DNA of 64,000 nt from Planctomycetia bacterium (GTDB lineage Bacteria > Planctomycetota > Planctomycetia > JALXBF01 > JBGPMX01): the NCBI GenBank assembly GCA_036758585.1, contig DAIOWH010000001.1, positions 98,462-162,461 on the forward strand, written 5' to 3'. The position numbers were made by a program, and so were the translations under genes. The notes under the pieces are model-generated. The model had not been told where the DNA came from. It made no database searches and was given only the letters and a program-made list of their open reading frames with translations. This document shows, in pieces, positions 29,101 through 36,750 of the stretch (positions are counted from its first letter, which is position 1; every line of letters starts with the position of its first letter).

Positions 29101-31005
29101 ACCCCGAACGTCGGCGTAGGCCAGCGACCCTGGCTGGATATCGGCGGCGCTGAGTTGGTTGATCTTCGAACGGCGCTGCCACGCGTGGTGCGAATGAACC
29201 CAGTACCCGACACGAACTTCGACAACGGTCAGGGGCCGGGGCTGGTCGAACTGGAGTTCAGCGAACCAGTCACGGGCGTGGGCGCCACGACGATCTTTGT
29301 CGAGTCATCGGGCGGTGACGGCAGCTTCCTCGAGGGCAACGAGCAGCGTTTGGTCGGCGTTGTTTCCGCCTCGCCTGGGTCCAACAACACCCGATGGGTA
29401 TTCACCCCCTCCGGCGGCTCCTCGTTTAACGACTTCCAGAATGAGATCTTCCAGGTTACGGCGGTGGGCAGCGGCCCGAATCCAGTCAAGTCCATTGCAT
29501 CCGACGATGCTCTCGACGGGGAGTTCAACGGCGCCTTCCCCAGCGGCGATGGCATTGAGGGCGGCGACTTCGAGGCGACCTTCACCATCGGCGAAGTGGT
29601 CCTCAACGCCATCTACGTGGACGACACGTCGCCGCCTTGCAACAGCGTGCCTCGCAACGATCCGAACCTGGTGCTGGTGAACAGCATTCAAGCCGCCCTT
29701 GCCCAGGCCGGCGCGGGTAGCACCATCTTGGTCTGCCCCGGCGTATACACCGCCCCATTGCAGGTCACTTTCCCGGTCACGATCGAATCGCTCGAAGGTG
29801 CGCTGCCGCGCAAGAACCCGGACGGCTCGATCATCCAGGGCACGGGTACATTCATTACCGTCAACGGCGGCACAGCGGTTCAGTTCCTCAACGTCTCTGG
29901 TCAAACCACTGCTCGGCTCGGTCGAACACGCGGCGGCGCCAACCGCGGCTTTGTGATCTCGACGGCGCCCACGTCTGGCTCGCCGAACATTCAGCCCAGC
30001 GGCATAGGCATCGACGTACAGGCGAGTACGGTGGAAATCGAAGGGAACGTGATTGTGGCCACGACGATCGGCATCAACGTCGATTCTCAAGGCACCAATC
30101 GTATGCCGAACATCAGCAACAACCTGATTGCCGGCAACACCAGTGCGGGCATCGATGTCATTGGCCGCAGCCGCGACGCGGTGGCCAACATCGTCAACAA
30201 CACGATTGCGTTCAACAACAACGGTATTCTGGTCCGTGACGACGGAGTCGAGGCCGCGGGCCGTGTCGTCGCGAACGTCTACAACAACATCGTCACGAGC
30301 AACACGCTTGCCGGCATCAGCCAACTCGTGAAGTCGCGGCCCCTGATCAAGCACAATAACGTCTGGGGCAACGACCAAAACCGAGCGAACTTTAGCGGCA
30401 GTCTGACCAACTTGCCGCCGAGCTCATTCGACCCCGCTGGGAACCCGGTGCCCGACAGCGCCTGCGGACCGACGTCGACTAAGTGCGGTAACATCTCGGT
30501 CAATCCCTTGTTCGTGCGACCTGTTGATCCCGGCTCCGTTTCCGACCGCGCCGACTTCCTGCGGCTGGGCAACTTTACGCTTCAATCCGCATCGAAACTG
30601 ATCGACCGTGCGCTGGACGAAGTCGCGGTGATCCGTGACTTCAACGGAGTTACACGTACCGTCGATGTTCCGGACGTCGGTATCCCAGAGACGGACCCTG
30701 AGGCCAGTCCGCGCAGTGTGGACATCGGCGCGTTTGAGTTCGTGCCGTCGTCCGTGGCCGGCCGAACCGCGGAGCGCAGCCGGACGGCAGCGACGCCGAA
30801 GGCGGCGACGAGCCGGATTCATCCACGCGAAAGGGACCTCCTGGAGTTCGACCTGCACCGCGTCGGGGTCGGAGCAGAAGTCTCTGATTACCTGTTGCAA
30901 CAGGTAGGTACACTCGCGAGCGACCTGGAACGATTCAGCGACGAGTGGACGACGCTCATAGACTCTTGGCTCGACGATGAGGGAAGGGAGTTGCACACGC
31001 CGTAG
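20131..31005 (+). CDS. Giant multidomain extracellular protein 2 (about 3624 aa). VERLESRELLS N-motif. Tandem MopE-like Cys/Asp metal-binding repeats. Embedded metzincin-type Zn-metalloprotease motif HEAGHVLGQRH. Cys-containing FG-GAP-like repeats. Beta-helix repeats
   Basis: 10.9-kb ORF. The six-frame ORF begins at ATG 20101, but ATG 20131 (MTNATGKRF...) has GGAGA about 10 nt upstream and gives an N-terminus parallel to the other three giants. PPPPPPPVEVCGDNVDNDGDGQADEGCAPPPPPPVEVCGDNIDNDGDSRTDEDC is encoded at 20719-20850 as a direct ~60-bp DNA repeat. HExxHxxGxxH is encoded at 23260-23292. Repeats of VGNWCVDDPSTPAEIECEGVEFGLY / VGDFCVDDPTTAPVECPGDEIGLY / VGDWCVDDALTAAVECPGDEVGVV. The C-terminal third carries NNxI..N.. 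beta-helix repeats. Confidence 0.85.
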   Translation: MTNATGKRFGAARRLGRTRPTLRARHAGQVERLESRELLSSFAPVDAKFLWGAAGPTSLAQVWVNASGDCVGVSGPQMFLHEDCLLGEGAGPNRVVVQFNANIDKRSFNAASDVVVGGDLDPSNPFRVFGGTARRGLLTLFTTGGFSADDGSEMTLTIQGISSKGRKRTPAVVMDPWTVTLQVTPDPPPPPPPVEVCGDNVDNDGDGQADEGCAPPPPPPVEVCGDNIDNDGDSRTDEDCVVTPPDPRPSVSPGDITPPLVVGVSPTVDAVIGTLPTTISVAFSEPVDPTTLSTSSIRLFTSGGDGRFGDRADRPIATSGVTYNAAGRTAVLQLAETLGDEVYQIQVGGAHSIKDLAGNTLDGDRNALVGGLFTSEFQIDRSTPSFDLSLAPVANTGISTDETTSRQDHIGVTGQVSDGSLSRLGGYQVAMDVDGDGFDDGGAITDANGYFTVTSLAQIATSGRHDIDVRVTDRAGNSSVRTTTINVDADAPLLMPINLAERPDPNDYRITPAGHVVRLFDESPTELRIAVSENLAPGPARDLDNYRLERTGQLGLFSSPTALDLSSQISEARFDETTRQIVVTLASALADGEYQLVVRSHGTITDVAGNHPVSDGILGFYVGAYPAVRAFTPAVTPMTPDNVRQMPTVRSSSIEYYGRDGGSRSEQSTSFGSRSAGLARLTVNESETFGNSTNNPFDPQMPGTAEPIAGTTFPFGNFGVDQGEDPEAFIFGDIDSGLDVDVYSFRAKAGESVRFTLTDQFGFFPFGGEIAIIDLGTDNAVGGAGDAADRTLISNVHKFIDPDFAFFQLLDLSQIEITITGLTGRALDNPENELLNPLTSERRDPSDRTYLLRVDPFIGSYVISAEMWESFSRDTNQSQIVYVDFDGQEDVSFPNYFTGGTLSVDMPPFDIRDFGIDPIFQNQFIDTVMAAVREDFEQIRAEGINPAYNFQLRDSLWHPDPGNANNVLRVVVGGAGDLIGFQPSFGLAGIADALDTGNRQGNNVVLVFPSGLIDVAQIFGVAPLGFTPAQLDEIALETAATVSHEAGHVLGQRHTNQGLFQVDLVNNVFGCDPLTLDNIADASPLGFGDDLLHRFDRYLNMDDLFCQGRIEDYDGVADSGGVIAWGMEGRDTTPPRVLDIDVLPGQIKIAFDEGVDAATLINPNNVRLFRDDGNNDFQNGGTPVQLRPVTERQLTTSQADPCDGPTQLGVSLYDACTTTLTLDVSDPVNEIHKDKKYRLVLSGITDNPLNPLNPTNPRPNALDCELNRKPFTGAYVFPTGNGTPGCGDDAVFPGDSTNVFQFDFLATETVFVDGDYSADNGASTGLFAAPHTLLPQALQVAEYAGFLQPLVGEPEPVTVRVAPSIAPYRAVDPQLDSSFNDQPDQGSLFVPPRVNLVFDGRTDIVQSIFVVAPDPAAPADNPGTIYRVDANSPAGGNAVVLDRFFTPRPIPGGAGLAFDGSSLFLTQDAPGDDAVCDEIFTLDPFTGATRSIVTPRTASATGAATCPADATNIDGLAAAETLLFGVDATDERVVLLDRSNGTLVGSFVASFDLAGGIDFDATTNTLWAAGVVTDVADPLVGRRVIRQMNPVTGEVRNTVPLPAGSPSAEGLGLSGDRIFFSDVAGRNILELNEADPSASRSFAFALGAPVALAGPPRELVVTKLLGTRIEAFGEDASLSAIGKSVDEPVVFTSLRDTAFMGTGVSSALAGDWMGLVYRPDSADVLTDRLTPEYASVLENVLVRFGGGPGTIIPPVDPASQDPVRKFGVVQSLSPLNLFDARIKVENVEFSNNAEAAIAVTPNALERIQGKSGFELFWDVEPGAPIVGNWCVDDPSTPAEIECEGVEFGLYEATRRRVLVDANGNRELDEAEQSTAALGETDSVPVVGNFTPDIEGRDELAVFNRATGVWIVDVDRSFSETGADLLIEFGKHGDIPIVGDWGGTGTDKLGLYRPRPRTTDTECQMAALLPAACFVLDLNNNFRFDAGEDFNLTFDPDQDRLFGARTDVPVVGDFCVDDPTTAPVECPGDEIGLYRGTSGDFLLDRNANFFFDPGEQDTNGDGVEDSSEVKGVPNGQIDINDGPIVFGPLGGTPVVGDWCVDDALTAAVECPGDEVGVVDSSLKWIVDANGNLKQDELEVLVQFGKAGDVVAPGNWRGTRVGDEFGVFRPVEGTWTIDLVTLDPTRAEDPSEDIDLDRRLDRKEDANGNNTLDPGEDRDLDKRLDLDEDIDPDGIGPLLANGRLDLNDGPFVFSAARRNDISDFVFENSLNSVWVRPGLQTVSDAHWDDTQIPHVLTGTVEIQALPLLGVVPTLQMKPGMVVKMGLANLNVGGFGATLLVDSDLEIDQPRVVFTSLLDDERGPGSRPNDTNNDKGSLTPLPGDWGGIVLSSGTTAVINGAEIQYGGNLRVPAGTSLISPSPITLNQATCNLTGFFVLATTCDPVFATITNNIIANTNNLRNTSSPRTLPSDVAAIGAVGVSLLGLGPNTPRIPFNANPFIRGNDVSQNNGLNGLEIRTSEFQDPATAPLTFAHAHLFSESRWDDTDITHILLGTLQFVSSAAQFPQPFDIPDQTSFTNIEGFGLTLASNPIGFFDEFDGTVDGAAESLVVKFGGRLSNRYSLAAAFPGTVIDNGSFVGFPRQIGAGFNVGFDDGGANTPFQNFPWDSGGDSFITVQGILGDPERGVPASPVILTSVRDDTTGPRGVQEDTNNDGATTAPARGDWEGIHVGAWSRNAGRISPINGAPLSASSIRNADIRYANTAVLLQSQSIELEGNLIRNSNIAIDSLQGPNIPDVPMGVNPPPIPRDPASPIVYNNLLIENGIGYRQTGGPDNGNPLQESFPSRAVFVNNTVDANDAGLVIAQRSGPLIMNNAITNTVGTGLNADSSSLRLNLEASLQHDPPIQIVRNLFFGNGANGSTGTVPATVGGQEIVGLAPNYTSPGSPDYNYRPAPGSPLVDSALSEYGDVFGVYGLVEAPDRDRNGLFRRDHFGTPNVGVGQRPWLDIGGAELVDLRTALPRVVRMNPVPDTNFDNGQGPGLVELEFSEPVTGVGATTIFVESSGGDGSFLEGNEQRLVGVVSASPGSNNTRWVFTPSGGSSFNDFQNEIFQVTAVGSGPNPVKSIASDDALDGEFNGAFPSGDGIEGGDFEATFTIGEVVLNAIYVDDTSPPCNSVPRNDPNLVLVNSIQAALAQAGAGSTILVCPGVYTAPLQVTFPVTIESLEGALPRKNPDGSIIQGTGTFITVNGGTAVQFLNVSGQTTARLGRTRGGANRGFVISTAPTSGSPNIQPSGIGIDVQASTVEIEGNVIVATTIGINVDSQGTNRMPNISNNLIAGNTSAGIDVIGRSRDAVANIVNNTIAFNNNGILVRDDGVEAAGRVVANVYNNIVTSNTLAGISQLVKSRPLIKHNNVWGNDQNRANFSGSLTNLPPSSFDPAGNPVPDSACGPTSTKCGNISVNPLFVRPVDPGSVSDRADFLRLGNFTLQSASKLIDRALDEVAVIRDFNGVTRTVDVPDVGIPETDPEASPRSVDIGAFEFVPSSVAGRTAERSRTAATPKAATSRIHPRERDLLEFDLHRVGVGAEVSDYLLQQVGTLASDLERFSDEWTTLIDSWLDDEGRELHTP
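20719..20850 (+). repeat. Intragenic tandem coding repeat: two copies of a Pro-rich linker + C-x2-D-N-x-D-N-D-G-D-x3-D-E-x-C (MopE-like putative metal-binding motif) inside giant gene 2
   Basis: Near-identical ~60-bp DNA units (ccggtcgaggtctgtggggacaa[t/c]Ntcgacaacga[c/t]ggcgac...) seen directly in the sequence. A third divergent copy is in giant gene 3 at 35548-35598 (ICGDNIDNNGNGLVDEGC). Confidence 0.7.
23260..23292 (+). other. Metzincin-type zinc-binding signature HEAGHVLGQRH (HExxHxxGxxH) embedded in giant protein 2
   Basis: Directly read from the translation at about aa 1050 of the ORF. The downstream Met (YLNMDD) is a possible Met-turn. Confidence 0.6.
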
Positions 31006-31206
31006 AGTTGATAGAACCGCTGTCGTCGGCACTCGAAGAGACCAGTGTTGGCGGCAGGGGGTGGGGCCGTAAGCCGTGTGGCTGCTTGATTCGTGTGAGG
31101 CGGCGTGCATAATGGAGCTAACCTTTGCAGCCTAGGACAGTAGTCACGTGGAGTTTTTTCGCCCTGGCACAGCGGCGAATTCGCGTATCGTAGACCACTA
31201 GCATTT

Positions 31207-31590
31207 TTGGAGGGTAGAAACTTGGCTAAGGAAACCAGTACAGCGGTCGAAGAACAACCAGCTCCTGCGGAACAGACCCAGCAGCCCGCTCGGGCCGTCC
31301 AAACCGAGGTGGTTGTAGACGAGGCCAGCGCCCACGCGGCCTATGCAAACTTCGCTCGGGTCACGGCGACCCCCGAAGAGGTGATCGTCGACTTCGCCCT
31401 GAACCCCCAGCCGTTCGCCACCGGTCGGCAAGAAGTCAAGGTCTCGCAGCGACTGATCATGAACTTCTACACCGCAAAGCGACTGTTGGGCGCGTTGCAG
31501 ATGACGATCCAACGCCACGAATCGGCGTTTGGCGCAATTGAGTTGGACGTACGGCGCCGGGCGAACATCCCAGCTACGGGCGCTCGCTAG
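31207..31590 (+). CDS. DUF3467-family small protein
   Basis: 127-aa ORF (TTG start in the track; the true start may be slightly downstream). YANFARVTATPEEVIVDFALNPQ...VSQRLIMNFYTAKRLLGALQ matches the DUF3467 pattern YSNLA.I.HS.SEFVLDF...R...TP.HAKRLL.AL recalled from Bacteroidetes/PVC proteins. Confidence 0.55.
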   Translation: MEGRNLAKETSTAVEEQPAPAEQTQQPARAVQTEVVVDEASAHAAYANFARVTATPEEVIVDFALNPQPFATGRQEVKVSQRLIMNFYTAKRLLGALQMTIQRHESAFGAIELDVRRRANIPATGAR

Positions 31591-31597
31591 GTTGCCA

Positions 31598-31622
31598 AAG
31601 CGGGCGGATTGAACGCCCGCTT
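31598..31622 (+). terminator. GC-rich hairpin (AAGCGGGCG-gattgaa-CGCCCGCTT) immediately 3' of the DUF3467 gene, followed by a second hairpin at about 31646-31690. Candidate factor-independent terminator without a U-tract
   Basis: Perfect 9-bp stem read from the sequence 8 nt after the TAG stop. There is no T-run, so assignment as a terminator is tentative. Confidence 0.3.
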
Positions 31623-31930
31623 GAAGTCAAAAATCCCGGCCGGACCTCGGCGGTAGCTGCCGCCGAGGGCCGGCTTGATTACGAGGTCGGTACAGAGAGG
31701 ATGCACGTGGGGAGCGACCGGAATCGCCGCGAGTCCTGCACATCTTGGGATTCTCGCTGGTTCTGTGAGGCACACACTCCGGGGGGGAGTGTGTGTGGAT
31801 AGTCGCTGTCGGTGGCTTTTGCTGTGGCCTTACGCTCCACCGTCCACTTGCACGCCGATGGAACCGAGGCATGAGCCGTCGCAGAGAGGGAGGCCACATT
31901 GTGGGCCAGGACGGCACTAAGTACTGCTCG

Positions 31931-32064
31931 ACATTGAAAGGGGTTCGTTTAACCCGCAGCCGCAGGCGAGGCACAACAAACGCCAGCCATGCCTCGCCTG
32001 CGGCTGCGGGTTAAACGACCGAAGCCGATTTCAGACCCCTATTCAATGCGACACAGTACTAAGC
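31931..32064. repeat. Palindromic intergenic repeat element, copy 1 (core stem TTTAACCCGCAGCCGCAGGCGAGG / CCTCGCCTGCGGCTGCGGGTTAAA, 20-nt loop, outer imperfect inverted repeats CATTGAAAGGGG.../...CCCCTATTCAATG)
   Basis: Stem arms at 31948-31971 and 31992-32015. About 85-90% identical over ~130 bp to copy 2 (44393-44554). The core stem is shared with copy 3 (57903-57984). Confidence 0.8.
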
Positions 32065-32214
32065 TTCAGGATTCCGCACCGACCATCTGACGAGATTGAC
32101 GGACAGACCCAGGAAAACACGGCGACCCCACAGACCGCCTCCGGCGTTGACGGTTTGCCGTTTCGCCGATGTCTCAAGGACGGTCTGATTTCGGTTGGTG
32201 TAAGGAGAAAGAGG

Positions 32215-35200
32215 ATGCGCAAGGCAAGACTGAAGCCCCGAGGGACCGAACGAAACAAGTGTTTTCTCGGCGCGATCGAACGTCTCGAAGACCGTTGTTT
32301 GCTCGCACCAGTCATGGTGACGGGCACTTCCTATCAGCCGATGATCGGCTCCGCTACGTTTGCCGACGACGGGTTCGTCAGTTTCCGCTTGATCAGCACA
32401 CAGGCCGGCCGTATCGAAGCTGATCCCACAGGAGCGTTTGGCAACGATCTATTCGTTGTCTCACGGGGCACAGCCGTGGGGACCGGTGGGTTGGTTCCAT
32501 CGGGGGCGAACCCAGGCGACCTCGCGGGCAATATCTATCGCATCGACCCGTACGGCGCCAATGCGTTCGGCGCGTCGCCCGCGGACAACCGACGGCTCTT
32601 CGCGACCATTCCCGGCGGGGGCTCCTCGTTCGGTGGATACGAAGACTGGTTCGACATTGCGTTCGATTCTACCGGCAACTTCACCGGTAGCCCGTTGCTG
32701 AACGGCGCTGGCCCGACAATGTTCGTCAGTTCGTTGGACTCTACCACCACACCGGGAATCAACCCGCGCAACGCCATCTATGCGTTTCTGACCAATGGCG
32801 ACTTGGCGGCGCCGGCCGGCGTACCGCTGAATCCCGGACGGGTCACCGCGTTTTCGACCTTGGACGTCGTCCAACCAGGCATCCTGGACAGTCAAATCGG
32901 TGCGATCGCGGTGGCGCCGGGCGACACATTCGGCCGCGACCTGTATGTGCTCGACGTCGCATGCGATAACGCCGTGGGCGTCACCTGCGCCGCGGGCGAC
33001 GGCAACTCGATGTTCCGAGTCCGTCCCGTGCAGGCCGATCCGGTCGACCTTGATGCCTCGGCGCTTTTCAGCGGCCACGTAGAGGGCGTGTTGCCAACCT
33101 TGGCGCCCGCGCCAGCCAACAACGACATCGACGTACGAGCGATGGTGTTCGATCCTAACCGAGGCATCATCCTGCAAGGCCAGTTCGGTGGACCAGCGTT
33201 CCAGTTGTATGGCGGACTGTTCGTAGCGTCGAGTGACCTGGAGGCCAATGACACTGCGCTCACTCGCGTGCTGCATTTCCCGTCGCCTGGCTCGCCGCCC
33301 CTGGATGTCGTTGCTCCGGCGGCGATCGCCACTCGGCTGATCGGCGACATGACGTTCGATCCGGTTGGCTATTTCGGCGGCGGCCTCTTCTTCACGGACT
33401 ATATCAGTCGCTCGGTTCAACAAATCACGCAAGATCCGGCCACGGGGTTGGCGACGATCACTACGATAGCCAACAACTTCAACGTGTTGACGCCCACGGA
33501 CTTCACCGGTGTGACACCGCCTGGCGATGATCCGGCCGACGCCTATCGCGATGCCTTCTCCATTAGTTTCTCGGCCGACGGTGAGATCTTGTTCGTTTCC
33601 GACCGCGACGGCGTTTGGGCGTTCTACGCCAACACGCTAGCGCATTCTTCGTCCGGCACGGCGATCGGCCTTACCGACCTGCGCGAGCTGCGAGCGCCCT
33701 ATTCGGGCGAGGGCCTGGCGGCCGCCGTCGTCGACACCGGCGTCGACGGCGCCCACCTCGGATTCCGCGGCACGGTCACCGCCGGTTTCAACCCGGCGTT
33801 CCCCGGACCCGGCAACTTCGACACCAACGGCCACGGCACAGCCGTGGCCGGAATCATCCACCAGATGGCGCCGGGCGCGCTGGTCGTTCCGATCAACACG
33901 TTGGGCTTCGGTTTCACGAACCAGGACCTCTACAACTCCGTGCGCTTCGTCCGCGACAATCCGTTCGCCGACGACCCGCGCACCGCGGCCGTCGAGGCGG
34001 TTCCGATCGTCGCGGTCAACATGTCGCTAGGCATCCGTGGGCTCGGCGACCCCGACAACGCACTGGACAGCGATGCGGAGGCCGTGGCCACAGACCAGTC
34101 GATCGCCATCCCGCTCAAGGCCATCTTCCAGGACTATCGCACAGTGCACCCGCTCGGCATCGTGCCTGTGGGATCTGCGGGCAACGAAGGCGACCTGTTC
34201 AACGGTATGAGCGGCAGCATCATTCCATCGATTCTGAATGAAGTGGTGGAAGTGGGAGCAAGCTATCCGTTCGGGCCTGCCGTGGCCGGCACGGCAGGCA
34301 CAACGGCTTCGGGCCTGACGCCGCCGCTAAACTTGACGGGCAGCCTGCGCTGTCAGGTGTTGTCGACCGGCACGGCGCAGGATTTCATCGCCTTCCCGGG
34401 AAAGCTGGCGGCGTTTTCGAACCGGAACGTCACCACGGACATGATCGCCCCGGGCACATGCGTGAGTTCCTTCGGAGTATCCCTGTTTGACAGCTCGCTG
34501 GTCGCGTCGGCCCAGGCGGTGCGCACAGCTCCCATCATGCCAGCCTTTGACGGCACCTCGGCGTCGGCGCCCCTCGTGACGGGGAGTTTTCTGTTCGGCT
34601 ACGACGTTGTTGCGCAGTGGGCGGAAGTGCTCGGCGCCGGCGGCGCCATCGCACCCGACTCGGCCGACCAGACGATTCGCCGACTGAACCAGTACCTGAC
34701 GCGCGAGATTACCTTGCCGGGCGTGACGGCGCCGACCATCACGCTCGGCGGCGTCGTGCCAGCGAACATCGCGGAGTATCTGAATCCGGACGGCGTGAAT
34801 TCCATCCTGCAGTGGACGGCGATCCCACGTGAAGACGTGAACATCGGCGCGACGTTCGACGCGCCGGCCGGCGTCGATGACAGCGTGGAACAGGAACGGG
34901 CGTTCAACAGCCATCGCTATCGCGTCTATTCGCACGTAAACATCGCCAACGCGCTGGCCGCGGTGGAAGGGACGATCGCGCTGAACTTCTTCGTCGCCAA
35001 CCCGGCCGCCCTCGCCGCGCTCGACGCCGCCGCCGGCACGCCCGGACTGATCACCGCCGTGGACATCGACACGTTCGTGGCCGACCCGCTGCAATTGGCC
35101 AGCGCTCGCGCCATGGCCCGGCTGCTCGGCGGAACGGGCCGAGTCGCGCGGCTCAATCGGCTTGCGTACCTTGATCTCGTCCAAGACGCTGTGCAGAACG

Positions 35201-36636
35201 GCGGCATCTTCACGGCGACGATCGCCGATTTGGCCGACCGCTTGCTCCCAGAACCGACCGACTTCCGCATCACCGCTCGTGCGGCCAGTGCGGATATTCC
35301 ATACGCCCTGGACCCGACGGCGATTCGGGCCTACCAGGCGCTCAAGTTCCGACCGGACGACATCTTCCGCGGCATCACCAAGAAACTGCGCCGCATGTCG
35401 CCCGATGAATTCACGTTTGGCTCGCGCGGCGCCGCCGGACTGCGGCTGCTCCCAATCACGGGCGCCGATGAACGCAGAGTGATGCAACCACGGCTGAGTA
35501 TCGTCGGCCGGGCTGGCGACGTTCCGCCCCCGCCTATCGACGAAATCTGCGGCGATAATATCGACAACAACGGCAATGGCCTGGTGGACGAGGGCTGTCC
35601 GCCCCCGCCACCCCCGTCAACCGACGCCAGCAACAACTTCGTGGCGATGGACGAAGCCGGCGCCGAGTACATCTACAGCACCAACTCGATCGGCGACTTG
35701 CTGGAGTACGCGCGAGCAGCCGACGGAACGTGGTCGCTCACGAACGTCTCCGACGGCACCACCGCGCCGGACGTCTGCTGTGACTTGCTGGCCCTCGATC
35801 GGCCCGGCGGTTCCACTCGGACCGTCTTCGCGCTCGACGCCAACGGACACGTCGTGCGTTTCGACCGCAACGGCGAGTCGTGGTCGACCAGCGACATGAC
35901 CGGTCAGAACCTGCCGGCCCTGACGAACAGTCTTACGGGCTTGGTGATGCAGGTTCGCGGCGTTGAGTCTGTGCGGCTGTACGGTTTGAACGGCATAGGT
36001 CACCTCATCGAGTACCGTCCGGCGCGGGTTGGCTACATCGCTCGCGACGTCACCGCCGAGACGCGCGGCCCGATCCTGCAGCCGGGGCTGGCGAGTTGGG
36101 GCGAAACCGTTCGCAACAAGGACCGCATCTACGTCTACGGGGTCAGCGCCGCCGGCACGGTCGAGCAATACACCTGGACCGGCCGACGCTGGGTGCGACT
36201 GAACCTGACCGCGCTGGCCGGCGGCCCGGCGGTTGCAGCGGGAAGCTTGGCGGTTCCACCGCGTCCACCCACAGGCCGCGGCGCGGCGCCCGGCGTCTTC
36301 GCGCTCGACAACCAAGGCAGCCTGTGGCACTTCTTCGGGAGATGGGAGTCGGTGACCGCCGTGGCTGGCAGCGACGCGATTGTCGGTGAGCTGGCGGTTC
36401 AATACGACGCCACGGACGCAGTCTCACACGTGTACGGCCGCAATGCCCAGGGCGGGTTGGTGCGGCACAGTGGACGACTCGGCAGTTGGACGAGCGACGT
36501 ATTGGTGGACTCTGGCGTGGCTGCGGGCGCTGACTTGGCCGTCTCCACTGGCAACCAGGCGACATACGCCGAGCTGGTGGATGGCGCGCTGGCCGAGTTC
36601 TGGTTCGATGACGGATGGTCTCGCCTGCTCCAGTAG
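32215..36636 (+). CDS. Large extracellular subtilisin-like (S8) serine protease-domain protein (about 1473 aa) with IERLEDRCLL N-motif, MopE-like Cys/Asp motif and a C-terminal 7x Trp-containing propeller-like repeat domain
   Basis: The track start of 32155 is probably too long. ATG 32215 is preceded by AAGGAGAAAGAGG. Catalytic-triad motifs VVDTGVD (33727-33741), NGHGTAVAG (33826-33840) and GTSASAPLVTG (34552-34575). ICGDNIDNNGNGLVDEGC at 35548-35598. The C-terminal ~330 aa holds 7 repeats of the form VFALD..GHLI.Y...G.W....D.T. Confidence 0.85.
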   Translation: MRKARLKPRGTERNKCFLGAIERLEDRCLLAPVMVTGTSYQPMIGSATFADDGFVSFRLISTQAGRIEADPTGAFGNDLFVVSRGTAVGTGGLVPSGANPGDLAGNIYRIDPYGANAFGASPADNRRLFATIPGGGSSFGGYEDWFDIAFDSTGNFTGSPLLNGAGPTMFVSSLDSTTTPGINPRNAIYAFLTNGDLAAPAGVPLNPGRVTAFSTLDVVQPGILDSQIGAIAVAPGDTFGRDLYVLDVACDNAVGVTCAAGDGNSMFRVRPVQADPVDLDASALFSGHVEGVLPTLAPAPANNDIDVRAMVFDPNRGIILQGQFGGPAFQLYGGLFVASSDLEANDTALTRVLHFPSPGSPPLDVVAPAAIATRLIGDMTFDPVGYFGGGLFFTDYISRSVQQITQDPATGLATITTIANNFNVLTPTDFTGVTPPGDDPADAYRDAFSISFSADGEILFVSDRDGVWAFYANTLAHSSSGTAIGLTDLRELRAPYSGEGLAAAVVDTGVDGAHLGFRGTVTAGFNPAFPGPGNFDTNGHGTAVAGIIHQMAPGALVVPINTLGFGFTNQDLYNSVRFVRDNPFADDPRTAAVEAVPIVAVNMSLGIRGLGDPDNALDSDAEAVATDQSIAIPLKAIFQDYRTVHPLGIVPVGSAGNEGDLFNGMSGSIIPSILNEVVEVGASYPFGPAVAGTAGTTASGLTPPLNLTGSLRCQVLSTGTAQDFIAFPGKLAAFSNRNVTTDMIAPGTCVSSFGVSLFDSSLVASAQAVRTAPIMPAFDGTSASAPLVTGSFLFGYDVVAQWAEVLGAGGAIAPDSADQTIRRLNQYLTREITLPGVTAPTITLGGVVPANIAEYLNPDGVNSILQWTAIPREDVNIGATFDAPAGVDDSVEQERAFNSHRYRVYSHVNIANALAAVEGTIALNFFVANPAALAALDAAAGTPGLITAVDIDTFVADPLQLASARAMARLLGGTGRVARLNRLAYLDLVQDAVQNGGIFTATIADLADRLLPEPTDFRITARAASADIPYALDPTAIRAYQALKFRPDDIFRGITKKLRRMSPDEFTFGSRGAAGLRLLPITGADERRVMQPRLSIVGRAGDVPPPPIDEICGDNIDNNGNGLVDEGCPPPPPPSTDASNNFVAMDEAGAEYIYSTNSIGDLLEYARAADGTWSLTNVSDGTTAPDVCCDLLALDRPGGSTRTVFALDANGHVVRFDRNGESWSTSDMTGQNLPALTNSLTGLVMQVRGVESVRLYGLNGIGHLIEYRPARVGYIARDVTAETRGPILQPGLASWGETVRNKDRIYVYGVSAAGTVEQYTWTGRRWVRLNLTALAGGPAVAAGSLAVPPRPPTGRGAAPGVFALDNQGSLWHFFGRWESVTAVAGSDAIVGELAVQYDATDAVSHVYGRNAQGGLVRHSGRLGSWTSDVLVDSGVAAGADLAVSTGNQATYAELVDGALAEFWFDDGWSRLLQ

Positions 36637-36750
36637 CGACGAACGTCAGACCCGCCTCGGGTTCGACCGGGGCGCAAGTGGGGCGTAGTACGACGGATGC
36701 AATGGATTGCCCGTGAGTGTGATACTTCGTGTGAAGTGGAGGCGATAAAC

